Below, one piece after another: positions 19,001 to 28,862 of a stretch of 39,058 nt of DNA (positions are counted from its first letter, which is position 1; each line of letters begins with the position of its first letter). Made by a program: the position numbers and the translations under genes. The notes beneath the pieces are model-generated. The model was given only the letters and a program-made list of their open reading frames with translations. It was not told where the DNA came from and ran no database searches. Where the stretch lies: the IMG/VR virus record IMGVR_UViG_3300012208_000002, one strand, 5' to 3'. The stretch is from a virus. Lineage: Duplodnaviria; Heunggongvirae; Uroviricota; Caudoviricetes.

Positions 19001-21688
19001 ATGGCGATTCTTCAATATCAGAACCCATCGTCTGTTGATGCTGTTCTCGATTCAGTAAATTTAGGCGGCTCACCCGAAGTTCGTAGAGAAATTCTTGTCC
19101 TGGGTGATAGCACGGGCGCGAATGTTACACTAGTCTCAGGGCGAGTCCCGGTAGACGGAAGTGGAGTAACGCAGCCAGTCTCTATTTCAGGGTCGGTACC
19201 AGTAACAGGAACTGTTGCTGTTACGCAGTCAACCTCCCCGTGGATCGTATCGCTCGCTTCAACTACTATTACAGGAACGGTCGCTGAGAACCTTACGCAG
19301 GTCGGCGGGTCCGCAGTTACACTCGGGGCGAAGACAAGTGCGAATTCTATTCCAGTGGTGCTGGCGTCTGATGAAGCGACTCTGCCTGTTAGCATTGCTG
19401 GCACTGTTAATGTTAGCGTTCAGAATGCGGCTCTCGCGGTCACACAGAGCACGTCACCGTGGGTAGTACAAGATACAGCAGCAGAAGCGTCCTTGGTTAC
19501 GGCGGTTAGCGAATTAGGAATTCTTCCGCAGGCATTGACATTTATTCAAGCTGTGGCATCCAGTGCCGGAACAGGCATCTCTACATTGGACAAGGTATTT
19601 GCCACTCCTGTCACAAAGGGTAACGTTCTTTTGTTGATGGCGATGGAATCAGGCGCAGCCGTTCCAACCTGGGCTAAGAGTGCCGGAACAGCAACTGTTC
19701 AGTCACTAGGAGTTATAAAGAGTTCTGCCACAGCCCCTGCATTCTCTTTACAAGCATGGTTCGTCTTAGCAACTGGAACCTTAACTATGACCGCCACGTC
19801 TGGTGGTGGTGCATCAGTTGACATGGCTGCGTATGCTACGGAAATTCAGGGAGCGTTTCCTACTGGCGTAGGAACTACAAGCATACCGTGGTGGGACGCC
19901 ATTCAGGTTTCACAAGGAACCGCAGCTAGTTTTGCTTTTACTCCGTTCTACACAGAAACTATCGGTGAGTTGCCTTTCTTGTTCGTAGGCATCGGCAGTG
20001 CGGCCACGCTAACGGCTGAAAGTCTTGGCGACTTGGCAATAGTTAATAACGCATCAAACGCAACAACGGGCGGCGCAGGCAACCTTCAATTGTTTTCGGC
20101 GGATCGCCCAGTCAACGCAGCACCTTATCTAAAGATGGGAAATTTATCTCCCACGGTTACATTCTCTGGGTCTACTCTCTACACTGCGGTTTATATTTCT
20201 CTTAGACCATACATGCTTCCGATAGCGGGAAGCGTGACATCTAACCTGAACCGAGTCGGCGGAAATTTAGTTACTACAGCCGCATCAGGAACCCAATTAG
20301 TGGGGAATGCGGATGGAGTTGGGAATCCGCTCACTTCAAATAGCATAACGCCAACTGCTAAGTTTGCATTAGATTCAAACATTACAAGCATTCTCGGAAC
20401 AGCACCAACGACCGTTGGTAAGCTAGACGTAAAGGGTGCGGACGGCGATGTGTTCGTCCGACAAACCACCGCAGCGAATCTAAACGCGACGGTTGTCGGT
20501 ACAGGAACCTTTGCGGTTCAAGACTCCGCAGCAGAAGCATCCCTTGTTCAAATTCAACAAGAGTTAAGACAGCAAAGTGCGTTTCCAAACCTTGTTCAGG
20601 TCGCCCCGTTTCAATCCAGCGCGTCTGCTACGTCGTTAACGTTGACCTTTGCAAGCGCTACAATTACGAACCACCTTTTAGTTATGGCAATGTCCAGCAC
20701 GACGACCGTGCCTACGTTTGCGATAACAGGCGGTACAGGAACAGGAGTAATACAACAGATTTACAAGACATCAACAACATCTCCTGCTTTTGAATTGGCC
20801 GGGTTCCGAGTTGTAACTTCGGGAACCTTCATAATCACGGTGACTTTTGCATCCGGTGCTTGCGCAGCAATCGGCTATGAATTAAGCGGTTTGCCTCTGT
20901 CCGGAAGTTTGCCCAACAGTCAGCCTAATTTTGACACCTTGCAAGTTAGCCAAGGAACAGCAACAAGCGCAACTTTGAGTTCGTTCTTTACTCTTCTACC
21001 TGGCGAACTTCCTTTTATGTTCGTTGGTTTAGGCGCAAATACTAATGTCAGTTCAAGCAGTCCCGGCACAACGAGACTCGCCAACTTTACAGTAGACGGA
21101 ACGAACGTAGCGCAGAACGTAACGACTTCTGGAAACTTGCAGACATTCTTTGCTGGTAGAATTTCCGGTGGTCCGTTAGAAGACATGACGAGCATGACCC
21201 CATCTGCTACTTTCTCTGGGTCGTCTTTATTCACTTGCGTATACATTAGCTTCAAACCTGTGTCTATGCCTATGGGTGGAACAGTCGCAAGCATATTGAC
21301 GCAAATATCTGGAAATGTGGTCGTATCGGCAGCCCCAGGCGTTCAACAAGTAGGTATCGTCGGCGGAACGGGTCTTTCACTTGAGACTACCGCAGGCGTA
21401 CTTGATTTGAATTTGAAAAACATCGGCAACAGTCCAGTTGTTACAGGACTGGGGATTAGCGGATTAGGTATTCCTCGCGTGACGGTTAGTTCGGATTCAT
21501 TCTCAGGACTGTCAACCGACGCAAACTTGATTTCAGGGAACGATACCCGTTCACAGATGATGTTAATTTTAGAGTCTACCAGACGAGCGATTGTTGCACT
21601 TGCTTGCGAAGGCGGACGTAACAGTCCAGTAGATTTCGATCCGAATACGATTGCTAAAGAAGAAGGCGCTGACGACTACGCTGACTAA
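19001..21688 (+). CDS. 895-aa fibre/adhesin-like protein with internal duplication at 350-aa spacing
   Basis: T/S/A/G-rich; QDTAAEASL vs QDSAAEASL, QVSQGT..GELPF twice. Confidence 0.75.
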   Translation: MAILQYQNPSSVDAVLDSVNLGGSPEVRREILVLGDSTGANVTLVSGRVPVDGSGVTQPVSISGSVPVTGTVAVTQSTSPWIVSLASTTITGTVAENLTQVGGSAVTLGAKTSANSIPVVLASDEATLPVSIAGTVNVSVQNAALAVTQSTSPWVVQDTAAEASLVTAVSELGILPQALTFIQAVASSAGTGISTLDKVFATPVTKGNVLLLMAMESGAAVPTWAKSAGTATVQSLGVIKSSATAPAFSLQAWFVLATGTLTMTATSGGGASVDMAAYATEIQGAFPTGVGTTSIPWWDAIQVSQGTAASFAFTPFYTETIGELPFLFVGIGSAATLTAESLGDLAIVNNASNATTGGAGNLQLFSADRPVNAAPYLKMGNLSPTVTFSGSTLYTAVYISLRPYMLPIAGSVTSNLNRVGGNLVTTAASGTQLVGNADGVGNPLTSNSITPTAKFALDSNITSILGTAPTTVGKLDVKGADGDVFVRQTTAANLNATVVGTGTFAVQDSAAEASLVQIQQELRQQSAFPNLVQVAPFQSSASATSLTLTFASATITNHLLVMAMSSTTTVPTFAITGGTGTGVIQQIYKTSTTSPAFELAGFRVVTSGTFIITVTFASGACAAIGYELSGLPLSGSLPNSQPNFDTLQVSQGTATSATLSSFFTLLPGELPFMFVGLGANTNVSSSSPGTTRLANFTVDGTNVAQNVTTSGNLQTFFAGRISGGPLEDMTSMTPSATFSGSSLFTCVYISFKPVSMPMGGTVASILTQISGNVVVSAAPGVQQVGIVGGTGLSLETTAGVLDLNLKNIGNSPVVTGLGISGLGIPRVTVSSDSFSGLSTDANLISGNDTRSQMMLILESTRRAIVALACEGGRNSPVDFDPNTIAKEEGADDYAD

Positions 21689-21696
21689 GGAATGAT

Positions 21697-22374
21697 ATGA
21701 TTTTACAAGGAAACCAGGGCCAGACGGGTAAACAGGTAGGGCAAAACATTACTGCGGGATTCGGAGAGTTTAGCGACGTTATAGTTAGCGAACTTCAGTC
21801 TCGCTTTTATGAGGCTAATTATCGCGGTACCTTGTATTCTACTGGTTCCAGCATTACTGCTTTGTCTGCTAACACCATCACATTGACGGCTACCACGACT
21901 CCTATTTTAGGTGTCTGGAATCCGTTGAATTCTTCAGTCAACTTGGTTATTTTGCAAGCATCTTTACAAGCTGTGATTAATACGTTCACCACTCCTGCTG
22001 GCGCTGGCGTCTTTGTGTGGGCGTCATCCACGAGCAACAACGCCATTTCAACAGGTTCGGCTCCTTTCAATCGTAAAACATTAGTTTCAGCAGGTTCGCT
22101 GACTAAGACGTTCCCTGGCGGAGTAGCACTTACGGGATTAACAAATAACCTTGTAATTTTCGAAGGCGCAGATTTTACGTCTCCAACAGGGCAGACTTAC
22201 GGAACTATCGTAGCTCCCACATCTGGAACTACCTTGACAGGCTTCGGCGGGGTGCAGACCTTTGACGGTAGTTTGATTGTTCCTCCTGGCGGGGTTTTGG
22301 CGTTGTTGAACACAACGTCTACAACTACTATGTCTGCCGCAGGCCGTTTGCTGTGGGCGGAAGTAGCTATCTAA
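21697..22374 (+). CDS. putative virion structural protein
   Basis: ORF track, composition. Confidence 0.7.
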   Translation: MILQGNQGQTGKQVGQNITAGFGEFSDVIVSELQSRFYEANYRGTLYSTGSSITALSANTITLTATTTPILGVWNPLNSSVNLVILQASLQAVINTFTTPAGAGVFVWASSTSNNAISTGSAPFNRKTLVSAGSLTKTFPGGVALTGLTNNLVIFEGADFTSPTGQTYGTIVAPTSGTTLTGFGGVQTFDGSLIVPPGGVLALLNTTSTTTMSAAGRLLWAEVAI

Positions 22375-22386
22375 TAGGAGATTAAA

Positions 22387-22686
22387 TTGTCTATTCAATT
22401 GTTTACGTCTGCGGTAATATATTTGGCAGGAGACGGAACATCCGTTTCGGTAGAAGTGAATCTTAGAAAATTGGGGGCCTCTCCTACGCAGTCTTTGCCG
22501 TTAACTAAGATAATTTCTGTAACTCCGACTAGTGTTTCTCCAGCTAGAAATCTCCCTACAGCGTCGCTAAAGGGAGATGTAGTTACTTTTACTTTTGATT
22601 CACCTTTAGAAGCCCTTAGTAATCCCGCAGTTTCTTCCATAGGCGAGTACTCTTTAGGCATGTTTTTGACTTTTGATAGTGAATAA
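22387..22686 (+). CDS. hypothetical protein
   Basis: AGGAGA RBS, TTG start. Confidence 0.6.
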   Translation: MSIQLFTSAVIYLAGDGTSVSVEVNLRKLGASPTQSLPLTKIISVTPTSVSPARNLPTASLKGDVVTFTFDSPLEALSNPAVSSIGEYSLGMFLTFDSE

Positions 22687-22707
22687 TTTTGAATTAAAAG
22701 GAATACA

Positions 22708-22854
22708 ATGGATATCAATAAAATTTTTGCTGAACTAGGGCGAATGCATCTTGAAGTTATGCAATTACGTGAACAGTTGACGCAGGCTCAGGCACAGCTA
22801 GATCAGTACAGCGCAACAAACAACGCGAAGGTACCAGGCTCGCCTACGGAGTAA
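22708..22854 (+). CDS. 48-aa coiled-coil protein (MDINKIFAELGRMHLE...)
   Basis: read manually; AAGGA RBS. Confidence 0.6.
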   Translation: MDINKIFAELGRMHLEVMQLREQLTQAQAQLDQYSATNNAKVPGSPTE

Positions 22855-22855
22855 C

Positions 22856-23548
22856 ATGCCGACAGTAGGGGTTCTTCAGCAGACAAGACGCTGGTTTATA
22901 TACCCTAGCCCGACGCAGACTCCGCTAGTTATGGGCATAACCATGTTTGAGAATTATTTTTCTCAATCAGGTTCGTCTATAGCGATTCAGAGCGACCCAG
23001 TGTCCACGGCATCCGTTTCGGTTCTTCAAGGTTCGTCAGCAGGAAACTTTCAGCCGATTACAATAGGCAGGCAAGTAACCAATTTCGGTGTATCTATTTC
23101 TAATCCAGCAGAGATAGACGGATTCTTTACGGGCACGCAGTTATTCTCCAGGTCGATTCCGCCTCCTAGAAGGAATGCATTCGGTACACCTGACGGTTGG
23201 GGCGATTTAGGACAGCTAGTAATGGCTGGAGAACTTCTAATAGCACCTGGAAGCGGCTCTACGGACTTCGCGCACACGTATTACATCGTAGCTGGCGGGG
23301 ATATAGTTATTCCTCCTTCTACAAAAGCGCTATGGTCAGTCATCTGTAAGCTGGCGCAGGGCGGTCAAAGCCACAATTCATTTCTTAGAGCGGATACATT
23401 GGTTAACGGGAAATCTGTTAGCACCTTGTACTCTGCCCCGGACCCATCGGTGCCGTCAAAGCTACAACTCAGTTTAGGAATTAACTTTTCAGGCACTCAG
23501 TTCGGTACTCCTATAGTGACGCTTCAGCAGTTTGAGATTCAAGAGTAA
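22856..23548 (+). CDS. putative virion protein (shares C-terminal pattern with 25484 and 26311)
   Basis: ORF track; GINFSGT...LQQFEIQE end. Confidence 0.7.
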   Translation: MPTVGVLQQTRRWFIYPSPTQTPLVMGITMFENYFSQSGSSIAIQSDPVSTASVSVLQGSSAGNFQPITIGRQVTNFGVSISNPAEIDGFFTGTQLFSRSIPPPRRNAFGTPDGWGDLGQLVMAGELLIAPGSGSTDFAHTYYIVAGGDIVIPPSTKALWSVICKLAQGGQSHNSFLRADTLVNGKSVSTLYSAPDPSVPSKLQLSLGINFSGTQFGTPIVTLQQFEIQE

Positions 23549-23550
23549 AC

Positions 23551-23934
23551 ATGTCAATAAACATTTCTCTTTTAGGGACGATTACCGTAGCGGATAGTAC
23601 GACTGGTTTGACCAGTCTAACTAAGTCAGTATCTGGTGCGATGGTTATCGGGTCCGCGTTTACTCAGGTACAGAACCTTAACATCGGGACAGCAAGCACA
23701 ACGCTTGCATTGCCCGTTAACCCCGTTCAGTTTGCCTACATCAAGAATTTGCACGCTAACCAGACGGTTGCGGTTACGTGGACGACACCAGTAGGCGGTT
23801 CAGTCCTGGCTATAACGTTGGAACCAGGCGCAGTCATAATCTTCCAAGAAGCGCTTCCAGGCGCTGGCATCACAGCGATATCTTTGCAAGCAAGCGGAGC
23901 ATCGACTCCGGTAGAATTTTTATTAGGCGGATAG
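23551..23934 (+). CDS. putative small beta-sandwich virion protein
   Basis: ORF track, composition. Confidence 0.7.
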   Translation: MSINISLLGTITVADSTTGLTSLTKSVSGAMVIGSAFTQVQNLNIGTASTTLALPVNPVQFAYIKNLHANQTVAVTWTTPVGGSVLAITLEPGAVIIFQEALPGAGITAISLQASGASTPVEFLLGG

Positions 23935-23941
23935 GAGATTT

Positions 23942-24325
23942 ATGGCAATTTCAACAGTAAATATTAGCAGCCCGGCAATTGAGATTTTGTTCACGGATAC
24001 CGCGCTAGGAAACGTAGCGGATGGTATCAAGTCATCATCTACTAAGCTTTATAGCGTGACCGTTGATAATTCTGCCAACGGCGGAGCGGCAACTTACGTG
24101 AAGCTTTACAATCTTGCTAGCGGCTCGGTCACTGTCGGAACGACTGTGCCCGATGATGTCATCCTCGCTCCAGCAGGCGCAATAGTCAACCGCACTTATT
24201 GGACAAGCGCTGCACCTGGTGTTACGTTCGGGACTGCTTTGAGTATGGCTGCGGTAACTACTGGCGGAACAGCCGGGGTAACGTCTCCCGCTTCTGCGGT
24301 GGTTTGCACAGTTAACTACGTTTAA
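23942..24325 (+). CDS. putative small beta-sandwich virion protein
   Basis: AGGAGA RBS, composition. Confidence 0.7.
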   Translation: MAISTVNISSPAIEILFTDTALGNVADGIKSSSTKLYSVTVDNSANGGAATYVKLYNLASGSVTVGTTVPDDVILAPAGAIVNRTYWTSAAPGVTFGTALSMAAVTTGGTAGVTSPASAVVCTVNYV

Positions 24326-24350
24326 TTTTTGAGATTCATAGGAGATTCAA

Positions 24351-24593
24351 ATGGCGATGTCAACATCGAACAAGAAGGAAACACTCGGCGGTGTATCTAA
24401 GAAGAAGGCTGCAATGGGCAACTCTCAACCAGGTAGCACGTCTCACCCGGAAGAGTCTCTAGGCGGCAAGGCAAAGAAGAGAGTTCCTTCCCCGCACACC
24501 GGATTCCGCTCTACTTCGCACCCCGAGGAAACGCTCGGTGGAATGCAGAAGAAGAGAGTCATGGCTGGCGGCGGTACGAACGACCATATCTAA
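24351..24593 (+). CDS. small basic protein with E(T/S)LGG..KK repeats
   Basis: AGGAGA RBS; three repeats. Confidence 0.7.
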   Translation: MAMSTSNKKETLGGVSKKKAAMGNSQPGSTSHPEESLGGKAKKRVPSPHTGFRSTSHPEETLGGMQKKRVMAGGGTNDHI

Positions 24594-24674
24594 ATTCTCT
24601 GTCCGCTCTGCGGATGGGAAAATCAACGGACTTTAAAACTGAGCGCCTAGTCCGTGCGCTGTTAAAGAGGAAAT

Positions 24675-25487
24675 ATGACACATAAGAAGAACTTCGTAGT
24701 TGCGGTAAAAGTGAACGGTAAAGTGCTCCGCGAATCTAGTGACCGCGTAGAACTGCCATTCGGCTCCGAGTACAGTATTCTCTTGAAGAACCTGGACTCC
24801 GTTCGCATGCAGGCACGCATCTCAGTTGACGGTGAAGACGCAACTGGCTGGCTTGTTATAAGCCCTAATTCGTCAATAGACGTACAGCGATTCGTAAAGG
24901 ACTGGGACAGCGGCAATCGTTTCAAGTTTATTGAAATGACGGATAAGATTGAAGAGCATCGCGGAGTTAAGGCTGACGATGGTTTGATTCGTGTAGAGTT
25001 TAAGCGCGAGAAGGTTTTCAAGTTTCCGGAAACAGTAGTACACTATCACACTTATCCTTACCAGCACCCGTGGTATACGTATTACCCTGGTGGATGTACT
25101 CCGAACTATAGCATCAATACGACGAGCAGTCAAACCGCAGGTGGCTTGATTACTAGAAGTTCGCACGTTAGCTTTAATAACTCTGCTAGCGCCTCGGCTG
25201 GACCCATCATGGCAATGAACATGATGTCTGCCCAGGCTAAAGTGAACGATGCAGGCATAACAGTTCCAGGTTCGATAAGCGATCAAAAGTTTGTATCAGT
25301 ATCCGGTTTCGAGACAGAGCAATCCGAAGTGATTGTTCTGCATCTTGTCGGCAAGAAAGCTGGAGCGCCAGTGCAGGTTGCAAAGACCGTGCACATGATG
25401 CTTCAATGCGAAACTTGCGGCAAGACAAGCAAGTCATCGGCGAAGTTCTGCAAGGAATGCGGAACAAGCCTAGAGAGGGCGATATGA
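24675..25487 (+). CDS. hypothetical protein with C-terminal zinc ribbon (CETCG...FCKECG)
   Basis: ORF track, GAGGA RBS. Confidence 0.8.
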   Translation: MTHKKNFVVAVKVNGKVLRESSDRVELPFGSEYSILLKNLDSVRMQARISVDGEDATGWLVISPNSSIDVQRFVKDWDSGNRFKFIEMTDKIEEHRGVKADDGLIRVEFKREKVFKFPETVVHYHTYPYQHPWYTYYPGGCTPNYSINTTSSQTAGGLITRSSHVSFNNSASASAGPIMAMNMMSAQAKVNDAGITVPGSISDQKFVSVSGFETEQSEVIVLHLVGKKAGAPVQVAKTVHMMLQCETCGKTSKSSAKFCKECGTSLERAI

Positions 25488-26200
25488 GCGATGGATGGCA
25501 ACCAGCAGTAGATAATTTGCAATCTCAAATCAATTCTATTAACTCTCAAATTAGTGTGCTGTCAGGAAAAGAAAATTCTGATGCAACGCAAATCACGCTT
25601 CTTTCAAGTCAACTGTCGGCGCTTCAAACGGAAGTATCTGCTATTCAACAGCAAGTGGCTCAGGGAAATACTCTGGTTGATTTATCAGGAGCATCCGTAG
25701 TTCTTAGTAATCCTAGTACTGTTAGTCCAAACGGTGGAGCGTATACCGTGGCTTCTCTAAACGGAAGTCCAGCGGTGTTGTCAGTTCCTTCGTCACCAAG
25801 CATAGACGGAAAATTATTTAGGCTAACTGTGGCGGCAAGAGTTTTAGACGACGGTGCCGCAGTGGAAACAGATTTTGGCGGGGCATTCGCACTCGGTGAC
25901 GCATCTATTTTTCAATCCCCAACGCTAGGGCAGCATGAATTCGTCGGCATGAATGGAACAGGCATAGGAGAAGGAACCTGCTTCTTTGAGGTAGATTGTC
26001 TTTGGGACGCTTTATCGAAGTCATTGATATTTTCATCTTTGATTCAAGGCAGTCGAAGAATCGGAATAGGCGGTCCGTCTCAAACGTTATCCGGTATTGT
26101 GTCGCAAACGGACATTAAAATTGTGTTCGGAGCGTTCTGGAATAACACATCAAATCCAGCGTCAGTAGTTTTGACTCAGTTTAAGTTAAGTTTGATTTAA
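25484..26200 (+). CDS. putative virion protein, N-terminal coiled coil plus beta domain
   Basis: start trimmed to MSDGWQ (ATGA overlap). Confidence 0.7.
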   Translation: MSDGWQPAVDNLQSQINSINSQISVLSGKENSDATQITLLSSQLSALQTEVSAIQQQVAQGNTLVDLSGASVVLSNPSTVSPNGGAYTVASLNGSPAVLSVPSSPSIDGKLFRLTVAARVLDDGAAVETDFGGAFALGDASIFQSPTLGQHEFVGMNGTGIGEGTCFFEVDCLWDALSKSLIFSSLIQGSRRIGIGGPSQTLSGIVSQTDIKIVFGAFWNNTSNPASVVLTQFKLSLI

Positions 26201-26310
26201 TAAAAGTTTAGGGTTACGATTAACGTGACTCTATTAAAGCATCGTCAAGGGGTACGGGGCAAGGTAAATCTTGCAGCCTCTCCTCGGTGTACATAAAGGA
26301 GACATACAAC

Positions 26311-26973
26311 ATGTCAGTAATCGCACAGTATGAAGTAAGCGTAGCGGCTCCATCAACAGTCGGTGGAACCGGAATCGGCGCAATTAAGTATTTTTCTAGC
26401 AACCCTCCGCAAGCATTGTGGAACACCGGGTTTGCCGGAGTAAATACACCGCAGTCTAGCGCACAACTAGGAAATACCCCATCAGCAACTAGCGGTCTAG
26501 GCCAGATGATGATTTATACCGCATCAGTAGGTGGGCAAGGTAAGCTTCTAGGAAATCGTTTTCGCGTGTACGCATCAGGAGTGGCATCTTCTGCTGTAAC
26601 ACCAACGTTTACTCCTATCGTTCAAGTAAACAAGGGAACTGTATCATCTGTTTCTTATGTAACTTTGATGACCCCGGCAGCAGCTAACACACTGGTAGCA
26701 AATCAGCCAGTAGGTTGGTCATTAGCTGGCGATTTTCTTCTAGATCCGACTTCAGCTAGCATACACGGGTTTATGAAGACTCAATATCAGTCTACCGCTA
26801 CTGGAAACTCTAACGCGGTTGCCGAAGTATCCATCACGTTAATCAACGGGCTAACCTTGACCGGAGCAGCAGGCGCAGCAGGATTCGGATTGGTTGCAGG
26901 TGTTACTTTTGCGGGCACATCTGACGCATCTAACTCAGCAAGCTTGTACGAATTCAAGATCGTCCAGGACTAA
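26311..26973 (+). CDS. putative virion protein
   Basis: AAGGAGA RBS before MSVIAQ. Confidence 0.75.
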   Translation: MSVIAQYEVSVAAPSTVGGTGIGAIKYFSSNPPQALWNTGFAGVNTPQSSAQLGNTPSATSGLGQMMIYTASVGGQGKLLGNRFRVYASGVASSAVTPTFTPIVQVNKGTVSSVSYVTLMTPAAANTLVANQPVGWSLAGDFLLDPTSASIHGFMKTQYQSTATGNSNAVAEVSITLINGLTLTGAAGAAGFGLVAGVTFAGTSDASNSASLYEFKIVQD

Positions 26974-27001
26974 GCTAATTAACCAATTCTAGGACAGTAA
27001 C

Positions 27002-27030
27002 GGGGCGCAACTATTGAAGCGCCCCTTCTT
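27002..27030 (+). terminator. rho-independent terminator
   Basis: GGGGCGC/GCGCCCC then TTCTT. Confidence 0.65.
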
Positions 27031-27096
27031 CCAGAACATCTGTGTAAATCAGGGCCTGTCCGGGTGTTAAAGTCACTGACAAATTTTAGGAATCCC

Positions 27097-27339
27097 ATGA
27101 ACGGCGACACGTTAGAAGTAATGAAAGCTATCAGCGACTTCCGCCAAGAGTCATCGGAAGCCATAGCTCAGTTGCATTCGGAATTCTCTTCTTTTAAAGG
27201 CGGCATGGATGTTCGTGTTGCTGCTATCGAAAAGGACCAGGAAAAAGCCGACAAGAAACAGTGGGTTCACTCCTGCATAGTTTTTGCGGGCAGCATCCTG
27301 CACCACGACCTCGGAACTTGGTTGCATTTTAAGTTTTAA
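27097..27339 (+). CDS. coiled-coil protein with hydrophobic C-terminus (holin/lysis accessory-like)
   Basis: AGGA RBS before MNGDT; function is inference. Confidence 0.55.
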   Translation: MNGDTLEVMKAISDFRQESSEAIAQLHSEFSSFKGGMDVRVAAIEKDQEKADKKQWVHSCIVFAGSILHHDLGTWLHFKF

Positions 27340-27356
27340 TAATTTGCAGTAAGGTT

Positions 27357-27383
27357 GGGGCGGTGCCTTTATCACCGCCTCTT
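27357..27383 (+). terminator. possible terminator hairpin
   Basis: GGGGCGGTG/CACCGCCTC then TT. Confidence 0.5.
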
Positions 27384-27404
27384 ACTCTATAAAGGAGAGT
27401 AAAC

Positions 27405-27887
27405 ATGTCGTATAAAACTGGAATAGAACTGCACGAGTATCATCAGAGAAAGTTTAAGAAGTGCCCATTTTGCATTAAAGAGTGTAAACGTAATATAGCA
27501 AACGGAAGAAATAAGGGGCATTACAGGACCTGTGGTTCTATAGATTGTATAAGAGCAGCGAAAAACAGACCGGAAGTCGTTGCTAAGAAAACTCATCGAG
27601 GAAGTTCTAACCCTAATTGGATACACGATAGAACTAAAGTTAAATTTCAAAGAAGCAGAATAGAATTGAAGTGGTGGAGAGAAGAAATTTTTAGACGCGA
27701 TAATTATGTTTGTCAAGAATGCGGTAAACGCGGAGGCCGTCTTCAGGCTCACCATAAGAAATCATATGCCTTGTTTCCTAATTTACGATTCGATATTTCG
27801 AACGGCGAAGCATTGTGTGAAGACTGTCATAAGAAAACTTCCTCATATTGTAGGTCTCTAGAGGTGCAATTTGCCCGCAGTTTCTAA
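27405..27887 (+). CDS. HNH endonuclease
   Basis: RDNYVCQECG...LQAHHKK...NGEALCEDCH. Confidence 0.9.
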   Translation: MSYKTGIELHEYHQRKFKKCPFCIKECKRNIANGRNKGHYRTCGSIDCIRAAKNRPEVVAKKTHRGSSNPNWIHDRTKVKFQRSRIELKWWREEIFRRDNYVCQECGKRGGRLQAHHKKSYALFPNLRFDISNGEALCEDCHKKTSSYCRSLEVQFARSF

Positions 27888-28059
27888 GAAGCAACAAATC
27901 GCTATGGCGATAGCCGAGCACGCACCTGAGAAGCTGCACGCCGAGAATAAGGGCCTCTTGGACATGTCTCACAAACAGCTTCATGAGTTTGCGTCTACCC
28001 CGCGTAAGCATCTCCCAACGTACGCGCACGCCAGGAAAGCACGTAAGGAATCGGAGTAA
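27871..28059 (+). CDS. DUF3008-like small basic protein
   Basis: MPAVSKKQQ...LHEFAST pattern. Confidence 0.6.
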   Translation: MPAVSKKQQIAMAIAEHAPEKLHAENKGLLDMSHKQLHEFASTPRKHLPTYAHARKARKESE

Positions 28060-28061
28060 TC

Positions 28062-28289
28062 ATGCCAACTGAAGAACAGCGAGCAGCAGTAACTACAGAA
28101 CGTGGTCGTCAGGCAGCACAGATGACAGACCAGGCAGAAAAGAAAGCGTACATTGCTGGTTCAGCAGGCGTGGATAAAGATTACGATGCAACCGCGCAGG
28201 CTACATCGGCTAAGGGAAATGAGCTTCAACGTAGAAGTATTTTAGGAAGTCAATACTCGGTGGCTAGAGATGCCAGAAAAAGCGCCTGA
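28062..28289 (+). CDS. hypothetical protein
   Basis: GGAG RBS, ORF track. Confidence 0.65.
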   Translation: MPTEEQRAAVTTERGRQAAQMTDQAEKKAYIAGSAGVDKDYDATAQATSAKGNELQRRSILGSQYSVARDARKSA

Positions 28290-28632
28290 AAAGAGTTGGC
28301 TTAAGAAGATAGCCGCGCTAAAGAGACTGCTTCGGGAAGTAGGTCCGTTGTGGCCTAAGAGCACGAAGCTATCCGGGTATAGTGAGCAGGGACCGTATCA
28401 TTGCGGAGATTGCGTCTACCTTAAAAAGAAAGATGGTGATGCCTTTAAAGACGCTGACGGAAAAGGTCGCTGTCTGCACTCCGTAGTCATGGCGGACGCT
28501 CAAGTTAAGAAAGATGAAAAGATGCTCCCTATTATCAATATCGAGCATGGTTGTTGCGAGTTTGTGGAATATGAAGAGGGACATGTAGAAGAGTCCCACG
28601 AGGAAAAAGAAAATGGCGAAAAAGCATCATAA
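28270..28632 (+). CDS. Cys-motif protein (CxxC...C...CC)
   Basis: YHCGDCVY, GRC, HGCCEF. Confidence 0.65.
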   Translation: MPEKAPEKSWLKKIAALKRLLREVGPLWPKSTKLSGYSEQGPYHCGDCVYLKKKDGDAFKDADGKGRCLHSVVMADAQVKKDEKMLPIINIEHGCCEFVEYEEGHVEESHEEKENGEKAS

Positions 28633-28861
28633 ATATACACACAGCACGATTGAGCACCACGATGACGGAAGTCACACATCGACCCACCATCACGAAGACG
28701 GTAAGAGCCACAAGAAGTACGCCTCTGCCGATCATGACGCTATGTTGGATGGTATGATGGACCACACGTCTGCTCCGAACCCTGGTGAAGAGATGCCAGG
28801 CGCTCCCGCAGCACCAGTTGCTGGCGCAGGCGCACCTCCGCTTCCTCCACAGGGGGCATAA
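28613..28861 (+). CDS. His-rich protein with Pro/Ala tail
   Basis: ORF track. Confidence 0.7.
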   Translation: MAKKHHKYTHSTIEHHDDGSHTSTHHHEDGKSHKKYASADHDAMLDGMMDHTSAPNPGEEMPGAPAAPVAGAGAPPLPPQGA

Positions 28862-28862
28862 A

